Origin: an uncultured SAR116 cluster alpha proteobacterium
Lineage (GTDB): Bacteria; Pseudomonadota; Alphaproteobacteria; Puniceispirillales; GCA-002684695
Length of the DNA stretch: 63,301 nucleotides
Direction of reading: 5' to 3'
Assembly (NCBI GenBank): GCA_902522415.1
Contig: CABYVI010000004.1
Span: forward strand, 1-63,301
Below the pieces are notes generated by a model. That model was not told the DNA's origin and did not search any database. It was given only the letters and a program-made list of their open reading frames with translations. The position numbers and the translations under genes are program-made. Of this stretch, positions 8,796 through 18,954 are shown piece by piece; the first letter of the stretch is position 1, and the number at the start of each line of letters is the position of its first letter.

Positions 8796-9467
8796 TTATA
8801 TAAAATTCTTGTTCTTTATGCGATTATTAATTCTTGTCAAATAATTATCATTTAAACCTAAATTTTGAAGACTTTCACGTGTTTTATCTAAATATTCTTT
8901 TGCAGTTCCTAAAAAACCCTGGGCTCTCGAAATCATATATGCTGTTTCGGCTTCTGATAGTGATGTAATATAATTTTCATGTTTTTTATTTATAACGAAA
9001 GCTATCATGTTAATTTTTCCTTCTTCTGTATAACCTTTTATTATTTTAGGAACGTATGCACCCATAATCATTTCTCTTCTCCATACCAGATCTAATTCTT
9101 CATAAATTTTCTTATTGTTGATTTTGAGTGCTTGCCCCGTTACTGAACCACCATTTTCGAGACCTAAAACAAGGCCTGGAAATTTTTTGCTCCCTCTACC
9201 AATTTGTGTCTTAAGACAATATCTTCTTCTGTAACCAAAAGTTTTCACCTTTAACTTTTTAATTGGTTCAATAACAGGATTCCAAATTAGAGATCCATAT
9301 CCGAATAACCAAACATCACTTTTAGTATTGTCAGGAACCAGACTTCTTCTAGACTTTAAAAGTGTTTCATCATCAAGAAGTTTAGAGCCTAAACCTTGTT
9401 CCTTTACAAATGTGCGTAATTTATCACCTTGAATATTTTTTTTGTTCAATTGAATTGTCTTTAGCAT
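8796..9467 (-). CDS. chaC: Glutathione-specific gamma-glutamylcyclotransferase
   Basis: WLFGYGSLIWNP, RG....PGLVLGL, VWRREM. Confidence 0.9.
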   Translation of the reverse strand: MLKTIQLNKKNIQGDKLRTFVKEQGLGSKLLDDETLLKSRRSLVPDNTKSDVWLFGYGSLIWNPVIEPIKKLKVKTFGYRRRYCLKTQIGRGSKKFPGLVLGLENGGSVTGQALKINNKKIYEELDLVWRREMIMGAYVPKIIKGYTEEGKINMIAFVINKKHENYITSLSEAETAYMISRAQGFLGTAKEYLDKTRESLQNLGLNDNYLTRINNRIKNKNFI

Positions 9468-9501
9468 CTATTGAATAAATAAGAGAAAAGTTAAAATTTT
9501 G

Positions 9502-10326
9502 TTATTTCTTTTCATTTAAAGTAACAACTCTTTGTGGAAATGGAATTTCAATTTTAGCTTCATCTAAAACAGACTTTGTTCTTTTCATTAAATCCCAGTA
9601 TAATCCCCAATAAACATTATTTTTTGCATAAAGTCTTAGTCTAACTGTAATAGAACTATCCCCGTAATTGACAACAAGTCCTTGTGGTGATGGTTTCTTT
9701 AAAACTCTTTCATCATTGGATAAAGTTAATAAAGTTTCTAAAACAAAATCAATATCAGCTTCATAAGAAACACCAATGTCAATATCCATTCTTCTTGTAT
9801 TATACCTAGAATGATTTATAATTGTTGAAGACCAAATAGTGCTGTTAGGAATAGAAATATATACATTATCAAATGTATCTATTGTTGTTGTGAATAATCC
9901 TATTTCCCTTACAGTCCCTGAAACATTTGCTGCTTCTATCCAATTTCCTACTTTGAAAGGTCTTAGAAACAATAACATTACCCCAGCAGCAACATTTGAC
10001 AAAGTTCCCTGTAGTGCAAGGCCTATAGCTAATCCTGCAGCTCCTAATACAGCGATAATTGAGGTAGTGTTCACACCAAATTGAGCTAATACAGCGACAA
10101 TTGTTACTACTAACAGAGCATAACGAATTACAGATCCAGCAACGGGAGGTAATGTTGGATCTAATTTATCAACTTTTATAAGAGTTTCCCTAATCCATAT
10201 ACTTATTCTAGAAGAAAACCAGATTCCAATAATAAGAGTGATAACAGCAGCTAAAAAATTAATTGACCAATCAATTGCTAATTGAATAATAGTGGGAAAT
10301 TCATTAGAAAAGTTAATATAGTCCAT
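9502..10326 (-). CDS. mscS: Small-conductance mechanosensitive channel
   Basis: GAAGLAIGLALQGTLSNVAAG, RPFKVG, IEIPFPQR. Confidence 0.95.
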   Translation of the reverse strand: MDYINFSNEFPTIIQLAIDWSINFLAAVITLIIGIWFSSRISIWIRETLIKVDKLDPTLPPVAGSVIRYALLVVTIVAVLAQFGVNTTSIIAVLGAAGLAIGLALQGTLSNVAAGVMLLFLRPFKVGNWIEAANVSGTVREIGLFTTTIDTFDNVYISIPNSTIWSSTIINHSRYNTRRMDIDIGVSYEADIDFVLETLLTLSNDERVLKKPSPQGLVVNYGDSSITVRLRLYAKNNVYWGLYWDLMKRTKSVLDEAKIEIPFPQRVVTLNEKK

Positions 10327-10451
10327 TATAGTATTTATAGTTATATTTTTTTTGATTTTAATGTTTTAGTAAATTAAATCTACCCCTAATAATTTGTTTA
10401 TATTATTAATTTAAAAAATATGTAGATTTAATTTTAATATATGAGTTTTAA

Positions 10452-11384
10452 ATGAAAGTTCTTAATTGGAAAATTTCTGACAAAAAATTAAATATTAAAC
10501 CAAGTGCAGCAGTAATTGGAAATTTTGATGGTGTGCACAGAGGGCATTTGGAAGTTTTAAAAAATGCAAAAGAATTTTCAAGTAAATCAAATTTACCTCT
10601 TTCGGTTTTGACTTTTGATCCGCACCCTAGAGAATTTTTTTCAAAAGAAAATACAAATTTTTTATTGCAAACAGTCTTAGAAAAGGCTGAAGTATTAAGT
10701 AAAAATAATATTGATTATTTAATAAATTTAAAATTCGATGACCTTCTTTCAGAATTAAGTCCAGAACAATTTGTTGAAAAAGTTTTATTTGAAAGCCTAT
10801 CACTAAAGCATATCTTTGTAGGAAAAGATTTCAAATTTGGGAAAGACAGAGCTGGTGATATTAATTCACTTAAAAGTTTTGGCTTAAAATATAGAATTGG
10901 TCTTTCATCTATAAAACTAAAAAATCAGAATGGAATCTCGATTTCATCTACAAAAATTCGTAACAATCTTAAGAAAGGAGAAATCAAAGAAGCTAATGAA
11001 TTATTAGGTAGACCCTATATGATATCTGGTTTAGTTATTGAGGGTGATAAAAGAGGAAGGCAAATTGGTTTTCCTACAGCAAATATTTCATTAGGGAATC
11101 TAATCAGACCTGCATTTGGTGTTTATGCAGTTTTAATAGAAGGTATAGAAAATAAAGTTTTAAGAGGTATAGCAAATATTGGAAGGAGGCCTACAGTAAA
11201 TGACAGAGGGGTTCTTCTAGAAGTCAATATTTTTGATTTTAATAAAGATATTTATGGTAAAAAAATATTTATTTCCCTTATAGACTTTATTAGAGATGAA
11301 AAAAAATTTAACGGAATAGAGAATTTGAAAAAACAAATTTTTATGGATGTAAAACTCTCAAAAAGTATTTTAGGAAATGCTTAG
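10452..11384 (+). CDS. ribF: Bifunctional riboflavin kinase/FAD synthetase
   Basis: GNFDGVHRGH, ISSTKIR, GRQIGFPTAN; upstream of ileS. Confidence 0.97.
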   Translation: MKVLNWKISDKKLNIKPSAAVIGNFDGVHRGHLEVLKNAKEFSSKSNLPLSVLTFDPHPREFFSKENTNFLLQTVLEKAEVLSKNNIDYLINLKFDDLLSELSPEQFVEKVLFESLSLKHIFVGKDFKFGKDRAGDINSLKSFGLKYRIGLSSIKLKNQNGISISSTKIRNNLKKGEIKEANELLGRPYMISGLVIEGDKRGRQIGFPTANISLGNLIRPAFGVYAVLIEGIENKVLRGIANIGRRPTVNDRGVLLEVNIFDFNKDIYGKKIFISLIDFIRDEKKFNGIENLKKQIFMDVKLSKSILGNA

Positions 11385-11417
11385 ATAGATAAATTATATA
11401 GAAGGTACAAGTAAAAC

Positions 11418-14180
11418 ATGGACTATAAAGAAACAGTATTTTTACCAAAAACAGAATTTCCAATGAAGGCTGGTTTACCTAGAAAAGAACCAGAAATACT
11501 TCAAGATTGGGATGATATTAATATCTATCAAAAGCTTCGAGAATCAAGAAAAGGTCAAGAAAAATATATACTTCATGATGGCCCACCTTATGCGAATGGC
11601 AACCTTCATATTGGAACAGCTCTTAATAAGATTTTAAAAGATATAATAAACCGTTATCAATCAATGCTTGGAAAAGATGCCAATTATGTACCTGGTTGGG
11701 ATTGTCATGGCCTTCCTATTGAATGGAAAATTGAGGAGCAATATAGAAAAAAAGGAAAAGATAAGGATGCAGTACCTGTTATAGAATTTAGAAAAGAGTG
11801 TAGAGAATTTGCAAAAAAATGGATGGATATTCAATCAAAAGAATTTCAAAGGCTTGGTGTTTGTGGAAACTTTGCTAATCCATATACCACAATGACTTAT
11901 GCTGCTGAAGCTTCAATAGCAAATGAAATGGGTAAATTCTTACTTAATGGTGGTTTGTATAGAGGATCTAAACCAGTTATGTGGTCTGTTGTTGAAAAAA
12001 CAGCTCTAGCTGAAGCTGAAATAGAATATGAAGATCATAAATCTACAACTATTTATGCAAAGTTTAATGTTAAAGAAACAAACTTTGAAGAAATTAAAGG
12101 TGCTAATGTTGTTATATGGACTACAACACCATGGACAATGCCTGGTAATAGAGCAGTAGCATTTTCAAAAAATATAAATTATGTTCTACTGAAAATTACA
12201 AAAACTAACGAAAATAGTTTAGCAATGATCAATCAAAAAATTATTATTGCTAAAGACCTTTTAAAAGAAGTTACACATAATTGTAAAATAATAGAGTGGG
12301 AAGAACTTTTAGAAATAAAAGGAGAAAAATTTCAAGATGTCGTTTTATCACATCCTCTCTCAGACCATGGTTACGATCATAATGTAAGAATGCTTCCAGC
12401 CGAATTTGTTACAGTAGATCAAGGTACGGGATTTGTGCATATTGCTCCAGGCCATGGTGAGGACGATTATTTCTTGGGAAAACAATATAATATAGAGGTC
12501 CCTGAAACTTTAGAAGGAAATGGAAAGCTTTTAGAACACTTGCCATTATTTGGTGGCATGCATGTGTTAAGAGATAATTCAAAAATCGCAGATATATTGT
12601 CTGAGAAAAACTCATTGATAGGCAGAGGAGAATTGATACACTCTTATCCTCATTCTTGGCGCTCTAAAGCTCCATTGGTTTTCAGAAATACTCCACAATG
12701 GTTTATTTCAATGAATGAAAATAACTTAAAAGAGATTGCACTAAAAGAAATTCAAAAAACAAAGTTTTATCCCTTAGCTGGGAAGCAAAGACTTTACTCT
12801 ATGATTGAAAATAGGCCTGATTGGTGCCTGAGTAGACAGAGGGCTTGGGGAATTCCAATTCCTGTATTTATTAACAAAAAAACAGGTGAACCATTAAGAG
12901 ATAAGTTTGTTATTCAAAGGGTGGTGGAGGCTTTTAAAATAAAAGGTTCAGATGCATGGTTTGATACTCCTCCCGAAAAATTTTTAGAGCCAGAATATAA
13001 TATTGATGAATTTGAACAAGTTCAAGATATTGCAGATGTATGGTTTGACTCTGGTTCAACGCATGCTTTTGTTCTTGAGGACAGAGATGATTTACAAAGT
13101 CCAGCTAATCTCTATTTAGAGGGTTCAGATCAGCATAGAGGTTGGTTTCATTCCTCTCTTTTAGAATCTGTTGGTTCAAGAGGTGTGGCTCCTTTTGAAG
13201 GTATATTAACTCATGGGTTTGTACTTGATGATAAAGGTAGAAAAATGTCTAAATCTTTGGGGAATACAGTTAATCCACAGGATATTTTGAGAGATTATGG
13301 GGCGGATATTTTGAGGCTTTGGGTTGCTGGCTCTGATTATTATGAGGATCTAAGAATAGGTCCAGAAATTATAAAACATCATACTGACCACTACAGAAGA
13401 TTAAGAAATACTCTAAGATATCTTTTGGGGAGTCTTAACGATTTTAAAGAGCAAGAGAAAATTGACTACACAAAACTACCACAACTAGAGCAATGGCTAC
13501 TGCATAGAATATTTGAAATGAATGTATCTATTAAAGAAAAAATCTTAGATTATCAATTTCATTCCATATATACAGAAATTCATAATTTTTGTACAATAGA
13601 GCTATCTTCGTTTTACTTTGAAATAAGAAAAGACCTTCTGTACTGTGGAGACTCAGACAGTAATGATAGACGGGGATGCAGAACTGCATTAGATATACTT
13701 TTTAGACATTTGACAACTTGGCTAGCTCCGATTTTGTGTTTCACTTCTGAAGAGGCTTGGCAATGTTATATAAAAGATAAAAAAAATTCTATTCACCTAA
13801 AAACAATTCCAAATTCAAAAGATCAATGGAAAAATGACGATCTTAATAATAAATGGAAAAGAATTAGGTACATAAGAAGTATTGTATTGGCTAAAATTGA
13901 GGAAGCGCGCAACAATAGTATTATTAAATCAAGCCTTCAAGCAAAAGTAGAGTTAATTTTATCAAAATCTGATAAGAGTTTGTTTGCAAATTTAGTTCCT
14001 GAAGATTTATTTATAACTTCTGAAGTTGATTTTATAACAGAAGAAATTGATGAGCCAAAAGTAAATATTAATTCTGCCTCCGGAAATAAATGTGGAAGAT
14101 GTTGGAAAATCTTACCAGAGGTAAAAGAAGATGGTATTTGTAAAAGATGCTCTGATGTTATTAAAAAACACTATAGTTAA
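11418..14180 (+). CDS. ileS: Isoleucyl-tRNA synthetase
   Basis: DGPPYANGNLHIG, GWDCHGLPIE, KMSKS, C-terminal CGRCW..CKRC zinc finger. Confidence 0.98.
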   Translation: MDYKETVFLPKTEFPMKAGLPRKEPEILQDWDDINIYQKLRESRKGQEKYILHDGPPYANGNLHIGTALNKILKDIINRYQSMLGKDANYVPGWDCHGLPIEWKIEEQYRKKGKDKDAVPVIEFRKECREFAKKWMDIQSKEFQRLGVCGNFANPYTTMTYAAEASIANEMGKFLLNGGLYRGSKPVMWSVVEKTALAEAEIEYEDHKSTTIYAKFNVKETNFEEIKGANVVIWTTTPWTMPGNRAVAFSKNINYVLLKITKTNENSLAMINQKIIIAKDLLKEVTHNCKIIEWEELLEIKGEKFQDVVLSHPLSDHGYDHNVRMLPAEFVTVDQGTGFVHIAPGHGEDDYFLGKQYNIEVPETLEGNGKLLEHLPLFGGMHVLRDNSKIADILSEKNSLIGRGELIHSYPHSWRSKAPLVFRNTPQWFISMNENNLKEIALKEIQKTKFYPLAGKQRLYSMIENRPDWCLSRQRAWGIPIPVFINKKTGEPLRDKFVIQRVVEAFKIKGSDAWFDTPPEKFLEPEYNIDEFEQVQDIADVWFDSGSTHAFVLEDRDDLQSPANLYLEGSDQHRGWFHSSLLESVGSRGVAPFEGILTHGFVLDDKGRKMSKSLGNTVNPQDILRDYGADILRLWVAGSDYYEDLRIGPEIIKHHTDHYRRLRNTLRYLLGSLNDFKEQEKIDYTKLPQLEQWLLHRIFEMNVSIKEKILDYQFHSIYTEIHNFCTIELSSFYFEIRKDLLYCGDSDSNDRRGCRTALDILFRHLTTWLAPILCFTSEEAWQCYIKDKKNSIHLKTIPNSKDQWKNDDLNNKWKRIRYIRSIVLAKIEEARNNSIIKSSLQAKVELILSKSDKSLFANLVPEDLFITSEVDFITEEIDEPKVNINSASGNKCGRCWKILPEVKEDGICKRCSDVIKKHYS

Positions 14181-14187
14181 ATCATAA

Positions 14188-14673
14188 ATGGATTTTTTCT
14201 TTAATTTGAAAAATAATTTTAGGCTTTCGATTTTTTATATTCCTTTTTGTGCCCTAGTAATTGATCAAATTTCAAAATATTTTATTTATACTACTTTGTT
14301 TTTAGAGTTTAGAGTTGTTAAAATTTTCCCAGTATTAAATCTAGTTCCAGTATGGAATAGTGGAATTTCATTTGGTATGTTTGATGATAGTGGAGATTTA
14401 GGTAAAATAATTTTTACAACATTGGGGCTAACCTTTGGTTTAATAATTCCTTTTTACACGGTCAACTGGAATTTTTATGAAAGAATTGGTTCTGGCCTAA
14501 TATCTGGTGGAGCTTTTGGTAATTCCTTTGATAGAATCATTCATGGTAGTGTAATAGATTTTATAGATTTTCATTGGAAACAAATTCATTTTCCTACATT
14601 CAATTTTGCTGATACTTTTATATCATTAGGAGTAGCTATAATTTTTTTTGCTAGTTTTAAAAAAGAGAATTAA
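14188..14673 (+). CDS. lspA: Lipoprotein signal peptidase II
   Basis: DQISK, NSGISFG, GAFGNSFDR, VIDF, FNFAD; follows ileS. Confidence 0.95.
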   Translation: MDFFFNLKNNFRLSIFYIPFCALVIDQISKYFIYTTLFLEFRVVKIFPVLNLVPVWNSGISFGMFDDSGDLGKIIFTTLGLTFGLIIPFYTVNWNFYERIGSGLISGGAFGNSFDRIIHGSVIDFIDFHWKQIHFPTFNFADTFISLGVAIIFFASFKKEN

Positions 14674-14701
14674 TATTTAGATATTTAAAGGATTTATAAA
14701 C

Positions 14702-15160
14702 GTGAAATATTTTGTTTTAATTGGTTTCTTAATTTTAGGTATGATCATAAGTGGTTGTTCAAATTTACGTCAGGCAGTTGGAAGCGAAAAAATAAAACTA
14801 GATGAATTCGCAATTGTCGAAAAGAATAAACTAATTATGCCGCCCAAATTTGATTTACAAGCAGAATTAGATATCACAAGTAACTCTGAATCAAAGGCTA
14901 AAGAACAGATCTCCCTCTTGTTTGGCGTGGAGCGACGAATGAAAATGGATATCATAGATGATCAATTAGCTCAATATTTTTCATTTGATCAGATAGAAGA
15001 GAATATCAGAGAAATTGTTGATGAAGAAACATATAATCTCCAGGTTAAAAGTAGAGCTGGAATTAATATGTTATTTGGTGATAATGAAAATCCAAAAATT
15101 GGGCCATTACTTGATCCTGTAAAAGAGAAAGAGAGAACAGAAAAGCTATTAGCAAACTAA
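14702..15160 (+). CDS. Putative lipoprotein (DUF3035-like)
   Basis: Lipobox ISGC, DEFAIV...LIMPP motif, position after lspA as in other alphaproteobacteria. Confidence 0.65.
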   Translation: MKYFVLIGFLILGMIISGCSNLRQAVGSEKIKLDEFAIVEKNKLIMPPKFDLQAELDITSNSESKAKEQISLLFGVERRMKMDIIDDQLAQYFSFDQIEENIREIVDEETYNLQVKSRAGINMLFGDNENPKIGPLLDPVKEKERTEKLLAN

Positions 15161-15189
15161 TGTTTCTATTGTCACTATTTGAGGTATGA

Positions 15190-16956
15190 ATGGCTATAAA
15201 AATACTATCAGATGATTTAATAAATCAAATTTCTGCAGGAGAGGTGGTTGAAAGACCTGCCAATATCGTTAAAGAACTAATAGAAAACTCAATTGACTCG
15301 GAAGCAACAAAAATAGAGGTTTTTCTTAGAAATGGTGGACTTCAGTCTATCATTGTTAATGATAATGGTAATGGAATAAGTGAAAGTGAATTGCCAACTG
15401 CAATTTTGAGATACGCAACATCTAAATTAACAAACAGTAATTTAAATGAAATTAATAATTTTGGTTTCAGAGGCGAAGCCCTACCAGCAATTGCCTCTAT
15501 ATCAAAAATGAAAATAATAAGCAAAATTCAGAATCAAAATTATGCATCATTATTAGAGCTAGAAAACGGAAAGATAATAAGTCAAAAACCATCGAATAGA
15601 GATAAAGGCACTTCAGTTTCGGTCTACTCTATTTTTGAAAAAACCCCAGCAAGATTAAAATTCTTGAAATCAAATAGAATTGAAACATCACATTGTAAAG
15701 ATATATTTTTGAAAATTGCAATATCTCATCCACACATTGAATTTAAGCTTAATATTGACGGAAAAAATATATATAATTTTCATTATGAAGGAGTTGATTA
15801 CTTAATTAATTCAGAAAGAATTAGTGCTGCTTTTGGTGATGACTTTATAAATAATTCTCTTGAAATTAGCTCGTCCAAAAATGAATATGGTATTTACGGA
15901 AGAATTAGTTATCCAACATTAAACAGTTCAACATCTTTTAACCAATTTTTGTATGTTAATAAACGCTCTGTAAAAGATAAAAAAATTTTAGGAGCTATAA
16001 AAGCTGCGTATTCTGAAACAATTCCAAAGGGTAGATTCCCAATGCTTGTTTTATTCCTTGAAATACCAACCTCATCTGTAGATGTTAATGTCCACCCATC
16101 TAAAACTGAAATAAGGTTTGAAAATGAAAGAATGGTTTCTGGTATTATTGTATCAACAATTAGATCTAAGATATCAGAATTAACTAGACCAATTTCAAAA
16201 AATATTGAAAAAAATCTAACTCTTAGTGAAGAAGGTCAAGTAAAATTAATGGAGGAGAATACAAATACTAATATAAAAAATTATAATAAAACTGATACAA
16301 TATTTAATGGGGGACACATTAATTTTCAGCCATCTGTCAAAACTAAGGCGGTAAAAATTGTTCCAGAAATTATTGACTACCCAATGGGTGCAGCAAGGGC
16401 TCAATTTCTAAAAAATTATATAATATCTGAGACAAAAGATGGAATAATAGTAATTGATCAGCATGCAGCACACGAGAGAATTGTTAAAGAGGAGATGCTC
16501 TTACAAAGAAAAAATAATAAAATAGAATCACAGATATTATTAATACCTGAAGTTATAAAATTATCATCAGCTCATTTAGATGTTGTATTAGATAATTTTG
16601 AAACCATTAAAAGTATAGGATTTGAAATTGAGATTTTTGGAGATGATTCTGTATTAATAAGGGCTGTACCTGATTTATTAAATGGAGCTAATATTCAAGA
16701 ATTAATTAAAGATGTGGCACAAGAGTTATTTGAAACTGGTGCCCAAAATAGTATTGACCAAAAAATAGATACAATTATCTCAACTAGCTCATGTTATGGA
16801 TCAGTTCGTTCAGGAAGAGACCTCTCTATTGAAGAAATGAATGCTCTTTTAAGAAAAATGGAAACTACACCAAATTCTAGCCAATGTAACCATGGCAGAC
16901 CTACTTCAATAAAGTTATCAATAAACGATATTGAAAAGTTATTTAAGAGAAGGTGA
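15190..16956 (+). CDS. mutL: DNA mismatch repair endonuclease MutL
   Basis: AGEVVERP, GFRGEAL, DVNVHPSK, DQHAAHE endonuclease motif, CNHGRPT. Confidence 0.97.
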   Translation: MAIKILSDDLINQISAGEVVERPANIVKELIENSIDSEATKIEVFLRNGGLQSIIVNDNGNGISESELPTAILRYATSKLTNSNLNEINNFGFRGEALPAIASISKMKIISKIQNQNYASLLELENGKIISQKPSNRDKGTSVSVYSIFEKTPARLKFLKSNRIETSHCKDIFLKIAISHPHIEFKLNIDGKNIYNFHYEGVDYLINSERISAAFGDDFINNSLEISSSKNEYGIYGRISYPTLNSSTSFNQFLYVNKRSVKDKKILGAIKAAYSETIPKGRFPMLVLFLEIPTSSVDVNVHPSKTEIRFENERMVSGIIVSTIRSKISELTRPISKNIEKNLTLSEEGQVKLMEENTNTNIKNYNKTDTIFNGGHINFQPSVKTKAVKIVPEIIDYPMGAARAQFLKNYIISETKDGIIVIDQHAAHERIVKEEMLLQRKNNKIESQILLIPEVIKLSSAHLDVVLDNFETIKSIGFEIEIFGDDSVLIRAVPDLLNGANIQELIKDVAQELFETGAQNSIDQKIDTIISTSSCYGSVRSGRDLSIEEMNALLRKMETTPNSSQCNHGRPTSIKLSINDIEKLFKRR

Positions 16957-17508
16957 GTATTTCAGAAAAATGATTAGCGATTTTCCAATTTTTTTTACTA
17001 ACAGCTCTTCAAAAAATTCAATCTTTTCAATTTTTTCTTTAGAAGATGCCTCTAACACTATTATCGCACCAGGAATTAATGCATTAAAACTAATTAGTTT
17101 TTCAAGAGTTTTTGAAAAAAAATTAGAAAAATAAGGAGGATCCATAAACACTAATTCCGCAGGATCATTTTCCCATTTTGATAAATCAAAAATATCAGAA
17201 TTCATTATTTCAAATATATCTGGAGAGTTAGTAATTTTAATATTTTCTTTTATTAATTCTGTGGCATTTTTATCTTTATCAATAAAAATAACCTTTTTAG
17301 GTTTACCTCTTGAAGCTGCTTCAATACCCAAAGCACCAGTACCAGCAAAAATATCAACTATAATACTAGCATTTAAAGGGTATCCAATTTTTCCACCCTC
17401 TAAAATATTCATTAATGTTTCTCTTAGTCTATCTGATGAAGGCCGAGTTAAAATACCCATTGGACTTAAAAGTCTTTTTCTTTTATATTTTCCTGATATG
17501 ATTCGCAT
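16939..17508 (-). CDS. rsmD: 16S rRNA m2G966 methyltransferase
   Basis: MRIISG, TRPSSDRLRE, DIFAGTGALGIEA, DPPY. Confidence 0.95.
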   Translation of the reverse strand: MRIISGKYKRKRLLSPMGILTRPSSDRLRETLMNILEGGKIGYPLNASIIVDIFAGTGALGIEAASRGKPKKVIFIDKDKNATELIKENIKITNSPDIFEIMNSDIFDLSKWENDPAELVFMDPPYFSNFFSKTLEKLISFNALIPGAIIVLEASSKEKIEKIEFFEELLVKKIGKSLIIFLKYSPSLK

Positions 17509-18260
17509 CAAATTTTATGCATTAAGCCAAGTTGATTTTTTATAACATTTTTATTGATTTCTAAAACTTCACAACTTTTTAAGTTTCCTAGTTGAAAAGG
17601 GCCGTATGATAATCGGATCAATCTATTTACTGGATAACCTAAATGATCCATTATTCTCCTTATCTCTCTGTTTTTCCCTTCTCGAATTCCAATAAGTATC
17701 CAGGCGTTAGAGCCTTTTTGAATTTCTAAACTTGCTTCAATGGGACCAGTTTTAAAGTTATCTAGTTTTATTCCATCTTTAATTTTTAAAAGAGCTGATT
17801 TATCAACAATACCATGTACTCTTACTTTATATTTTCTCAACCACCCTGTTGAAGGTAATTCCAGTTTCCTAGAAATTGCTCCATCATTAGTTAAAAGTAA
17901 TAGCCCCTCTGAGTCATAATCTAATCGACCAACACTAATCACTCTGGGTAGTGATTTTGGGAGAATCTGGAAAATAGTTTTTCTACCTTTGGGGTCATTT
18001 TCAGTAACAAGACAACCTTTGGGTTTATGGAACCTCCATATTTTTGTTAAAGAGGGTTTAGGAAGAGGAATATTATCTACTAAAATTTTATCTTTTTCAG
18101 ATACATTAGTTGCGGGTGTACTTAGAATAACGTTATTAACTTTTACCCTTCCTTCAGCAATCCATCTTTCAGCTTCACGACGAGAACAGACGCCAGCACG
18201 AGATAGTTTTTTTGCAATTCTTTCTGTTTCACTTGATTTTGTTAATTTATTATTTTTCAT
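17508..18260 (-). CDS. rluB: RsuA/RluB family rRNA pseudouridine synthase
   Basis: S4 domain CSRREAE, HKPKG, VGRLDYDSEGLLLLTNDG, EGKNREIRR. Confidence 0.88.
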   Translation of the reverse strand: MKNNKLTKSSETERIAKKLSRAGVCSRREAERWIAEGRVKVNNVILSTPATNVSEKDKILVDNIPLPKPSLTKIWRFHKPKGCLVTENDPKGRKTIFQILPKSLPRVISVGRLDYDSEGLLLLTNDGAISRKLELPSTGWLRKYKVRVHGIVDKSALLKIKDGIKLDNFKTGPIEASLEIQKGSNAWILIGIREGKNREIRRIMDHLGYPVNRLIRLSYGPFQLGNLKSCEVLEINKNVIKNQLGLMHKI

Positions 18261-18307
18261 AGTATTGTATAATTAATTATGTTTTTTAAAAATAAACTTT
18301 TAAATTT

Positions 18308-18772
18308 ATGAAAACAATTACTAATAATAATTACCCAATGGAAATTGCTATTAAAGAAGCAAAAAAAGCCTTTTTAAAAAATGAAATTCCCGTTGGAGCT
18401 GTAATAACAGATGAAAAAGGAAATTTAATTGCAAAAGCATTTAACAAGGTAGAAACAAGAAAAGATCCAACAGCACATGCTGAAATACAAGCTATAAAGA
18501 AAGCAACTTTAAAAACCAAAAATAAATATTTAAAAAATTGTAATATTTACGTTACTTTAGAGCCTTGTTCAATGTGTGCATCAGCTATTCAAAATGCTAG
18601 AATAAAAAGACTGTATTTTGGATGTTACGACGAGCAGAGAGGTGCTGTTACTAATGGAGTAAAAATTTTTAATCAACAGTATTGCAATCATAAACCAGAA
18701 ATTTACGATGGAATTAGAGAATCAGATTGTAACTTATTATTAAAAAAATTTTTTAAAAAACTTAGAACTTAA
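18308..18772 (+). CDS. tadA: tRNA adenosine(34) deaminase
   Basis: EIPVGA, DPTAHAE, TLEPCSMC. Confidence 0.92.
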   Translation: MKTITNNNYPMEIAIKEAKKAFLKNEIPVGAVITDEKGNLIAKAFNKVETRKDPTAHAEIQAIKKATLKTKNKYLKNCNIYVTLEPCSMCASAIQNARIKRLYFGCYDEQRGAVTNGVKIFNQQYCNHKPEIYDGIRESDCNLLLKKFFKKLRT

Positions 18773-18954
18773 AAATATATATAATCAAATTTATTTTTAT
18801 GAACTAAAGAACTGATTATAAAGTTACATTTTATTATATTTTATTCTCAAAATTTAAAATAAATATATATAAAAAATTTAAGACTATGGTTAATTTATTT
18901 TAGTAATATTAATCTTATATAAAAACAAAAGACTTAAGAACTTAAATAAAGTTA

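Noticed and set aside
18773-18954. Long AT-rich gap as a possible replication origin or ncRNA
   Set aside because: No DnaA-box cluster or stable GC stem seen; more likely the xseA promoter region.
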